Shown in pieces: positions 60,514 to 64,000 of a DNA stretch of 64,000 bases. The notes beneath the pieces are model-generated. The model was given only the letters and a program-made list of their open reading frames with translations, had not been told where the DNA came from and searched no databases. The DNA lies in the NCBI GenBank assembly GCA_028534125.1, contig CM052818.1, positions 38,442,001 through 38,506,000 on the forward strand. Direction: 5' to 3'. This DNA is from Lama glama (Eukaryota). Each line of letters opens with the position of its first letter. Within the stretch, counting starts at the first letter, position 1. The translations under genes were made by a program, and so were the position numbers.

Positions 60514-60746
60514 AGCAATGTTTAGTCTTGAACTGTGAGCGTCACAGAGCTGTATTTATTCATCTTGGACATTTCTGGAATCATAACTTGGGTTTTTCCA
60601 AGGTGTGCTGCCTAGCTTGCCCACTTGGCCACTCCGGGAAAAGAGCATGGCAGTTTCTTACAGAGGTAAACACATGCTTACCATATGACCCCGCAGTGTC
60701 CTCTTGGGCATGTGTCTCAGGGAAATGAAAACTTATGTTCCCACAA

Positions 60747-61950
60747 AACTCAAAATGGCTCAAAGTCTTAAACATAAGACAAGACACCATAAACCTCCTG
60801 TAAGAGAACCAGGCAAAACATTCTCTGGTATAAATCGTAGCGATGTTCTAGGGCAGTCTACCCAGGCGATAGAAATAAAAACAAAATAAACAAATGGGAC
60901 CTAAGTAAACTTACAGGCTTTTGCACAGCAGAGGAAATTATAAACAAAACAAAAGGACAACGTACAGATTGGGAGAAAATATTTATAAACAATTCAACTG
61001 ACAAGGGCTTAATTTCCAGAATATACAAACAGCTCATACAACTTAATAAAAAAAAAGCAAACAACCCAATCCAAAAATCAGCAGAAGACATAAATATTTC
61101 TCCAATGAAGACATACAGATGGCCAAGAAGCACATGAAAAAATGCTCAATATCACTAATTATCAGAGAAATGCAAATCAAAACTACAGTGAGGTATTACC
61201 TCACATTGGTCGGTACGGCCATCATTAAAAAGTCCACAAAGGATAAATGCTGGACAGGGTGTGGAGAAAAGGGAACCCTCATACTCTGTTGGTGGGAATA
61301 TAGTTTGGTGCAGCCATTATGGAAAACGGTAGGGAGATTCCTTAAAATACAGAAAGTAGACTTACCCTATGATTTAGCAATCCCACTCCTGGGCATATAT
61401 CCAGAGGAAACTTTAATGTGAAAAGATACATGCACCCCAATGTTCATAGCAGAGCTATTTGCAATAATCAAGTCTTGGAAGCAACTTAAATGGCCATGGA
61501 CAGATGACTAGATAAAGAAGTTATGGTACTCTGTGGTAAACATGTGGTATATTTCTACAATGGAATACTACTCAGCCATAAAAAAGAATAAAATAATGCC
61601 ATTTTACAGCAAAACTTATCCCTTATAAGTGGAATCTAAAAGAAGGACACAAATGAACTTATTTACAAAAGAGAGACAGTCTCACAGACATATAAAACAA
61701 AGTTATGGTTACCAGGGAGGAATAGAGATGAGGAGAGATAAATTGAGAGTTCTGGATTTGCAGATAAATACTACTATATATAAAATAGATAAGGTCCTAC
61801 TGTATAGCACAGGGAACTATGTTCAATACCTTGTAATATCCTATAAGGAAAAAGAATATGAAAAAGAATATATGTATTACTTTATCACTATACTGTACAC
61901 CAGAACTAACACAACATTGTAAATTGACTATACCTCAATAAAAAAAAAGA
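60747..61950 (+). mobile_element. Young cetartiodactyl L1, 5'-truncated (ORF2 C-terminus and 3'UTR)
   Basis: [45 protein letters not shown]; aataaa plus poly-A at ~61937-61948. Confidence 0.92.
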
Positions 61951-63144
61951 CATATATAAAAAAGGACTTGAAATAAGTCCTTGTAATGGACATTTTAAAA
62001 AATGATGTATTAGTGTGGTTTTGAAATGGTAGTAACTTTCAAAAAATAACTAAAATAAAATTACAGAAGGTGAGAGCAGAGGGAATAAAGAACCAGAGAA
62101 TCAGATTATTTAGTTAAACTCCTGTAATTTGAGGATGAGGTAAAAAGATCCTTAGAGACCAGGGGAGTTACGCAAGGTCTGAAAGCCCAATTTTTTTTCA
62201 TGGCCATGTCTGGGAGAGCCACAGCCTTCAGAAGCTTTGGAACAACTTATTCGATTAGTGGAGAACTAGATGCATTTTGTCCTCTAATATTAATCTTTTA
62301 AGAAACTAAAATTTTGGAAAATATTTTTCTACATGACAAATCACAAAATCATGAGTTTCAATTCTGAATTCTTCAACATAAGGATACTCTTTATCACACC
62401 TCACTGTGATGGTTTACTTTCCACCTGACTGGAGACCAGGGACCTGGGCAGCCCATCCACTTCTACACTGTTCAGGAGGTTCTAAGGCAACTCAATGTTC
62501 AGCCCAACCATGGATATTTTAATTGTATTGCAAACTTTATAATGATACTTACAATGATATTTTTACAAATTATAAAGAATTCTGTTTTTCATAAATGTTA
62601 AAGGTAGATGAAGGAGCTGATCTGATCTGAAAAATAATTTGAGAGTTTTCAGGATTTCTAAGACCCTCCATTGAAAGCATAAAGATACCAAATAAGAAGC
62701 TGAAATTCATTTTACGAAATGAAAAGTTACTGTTTCTACCTCAGATGAAAAGATAAATCTCACCTAATAAAGAAAATATCATGGACATCCTTCGTGTCAC
62801 GAAAAAAAGTCTACTGGCCATTCAGTTGGCATCCAAGGAAACTTACTGAAAAACCCCTCAAAGGTTTAGCTCTTTCATTACAGCACTTTATCTCCTTTAT
62901 CCACCTCCTGTGACCCCAGCAGTTGCTGCATCTCTTCTAGGGCGATAATATTTGGTCTTATAGTTTGGCTATACTTGTAGGTCTTACTTCCTCTACAAGA
63001 GTATAAACTAGCAGGAGAACTTTTTATTCATCTTGGGAAAATGTCTGAAGTCGACATGGTGTGTGCATATCAGAAGATCACAGACATTTGGGAGAAGAAA
63101 GGGAACTGAATGTGAAAGTGTATAATGACAGACCAATGACAGTC

Positions 63145-63385
63145 ATACTTATGAACTGTTTACCATGCACAAGAACTATGCCCAGTACCTTATCTGTATT
63201 AACTCATTTAATAATCATAAAACCTCATCAAGTAGGAACAGTCTATTTTGATCCCCTTTTTACAGATAAGGAAACAGAGGCACAAGAGATAAAATAGCAT
63301 GCCCCCAGTCACATAACACGTAAGTGACAGAACTGTAGTGTAAGCCCAGACCTCTGGCTCCGGAGTGTGTGCTCTTAACCACTCT
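63145..63385 (-). mobile_element. MIR SINE
   Basis: ttttacagataaggaaacagaggcacaagaga..gtgctcttaaccactctgct. Confidence 0.85.
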
Positions 63386-63859
63386 GCTAATGCACTTCCT
63401 AAAAGCAAGAGACACATGAGCGAAGGAAGCATCGGTACCCAGCTCTGAAAAACGTGGTAGGTCTCTGGGTCTTCCGGGATCAGCTTGTTCTACAAGAGTA
63501 AGTTGCTCAATAGACCATCCAACCTGTGGACGCCCACCTGCCTTATTGTTGGTCTATATTGTTACCTAAAACAAAGTCTGGCTAGCCAGAGGAATTAATG
63601 GAACTCAAGAAAATCTTTAGAAAGGGAAGTTAACAAATATTTCAGTATATCACCACGAGCCTGTACACATCGATTTCATGCATGATATAAACACCCAGTT
63701 TTCTTAACTAGACTCATATCGTCTTTCTTTCACCACCTAATACAGGACTAAGAATGCTGAAAGTCATCAATAAGTCCTCTTTTGCTGTTAGTTGATTTAT
63801 TGACTGATGAATAGGAGGAAGCCTTATTCTGTTTGTTTTTGAGGCCCAGCTTTGTTTAT

Positions 63860-64000
63860 AGTCGGTACTTCGACACCCTACTCTCAGCAATTCATAGAAC
63901 AAATGAACAAAATCAGCAACAATATAAAAGAACTCAGCAACACCATCAACCAACAGGATCTGATTGACGTTTATAGAAAACTACACCCAACTCAGTAGTA
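63860..64000 (+). mobile_element. L1 ORF2 endonuclease-region fragment (runs off the window)
   Basis: aactcagcaacaccatcaaccaacaggatctgattgacgtttatagaaaactacaccca. Confidence 0.75.

Overview
Mammalian genomic DNA, AT-rich and repeat-rich. It is most likely a camelid: it carries tRNA-derived vic-1-like SINEs and cetartiodactyl-type L1 3' ends. The one clear protein-coding gene is TDRD15 (+ strand), a germline multi-Tudor protein and TDRD6 paralogue. It has a CpG-island promoter at ~19.7-20.5 kb (GC box, NRF1, YY1, CRE-like and MYB motifs), candidate non-coding 5' exons, and a 6.26-kb coding exon (27777-34038) with eight Tudor domains. The ORF runs ~146 aa past the point where the human protein, as I recall it, ends. 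It stops on a perfect splice donor, so the real C-terminus probably lies in a downstream exon. Upstream, on the minus strand, I read a heavily decayed hAT/Charlie-type transposase in four collinear pieces (11228 to ~3050). It is split by LTR33/41-like, ERVL, L1, L2 and ERV1 gag-pro insertions and lies head-to-head with TDRD15. The rest is ordinary interspersed repeat (L1, L2, MIR, MLT1, Charlie1, MER3/5/20/44A/112), microsatellites and two 500-N scaffold gaps. All family names come from recalled consensus sequences, not from database searches, and repeat boundaries are approximate.
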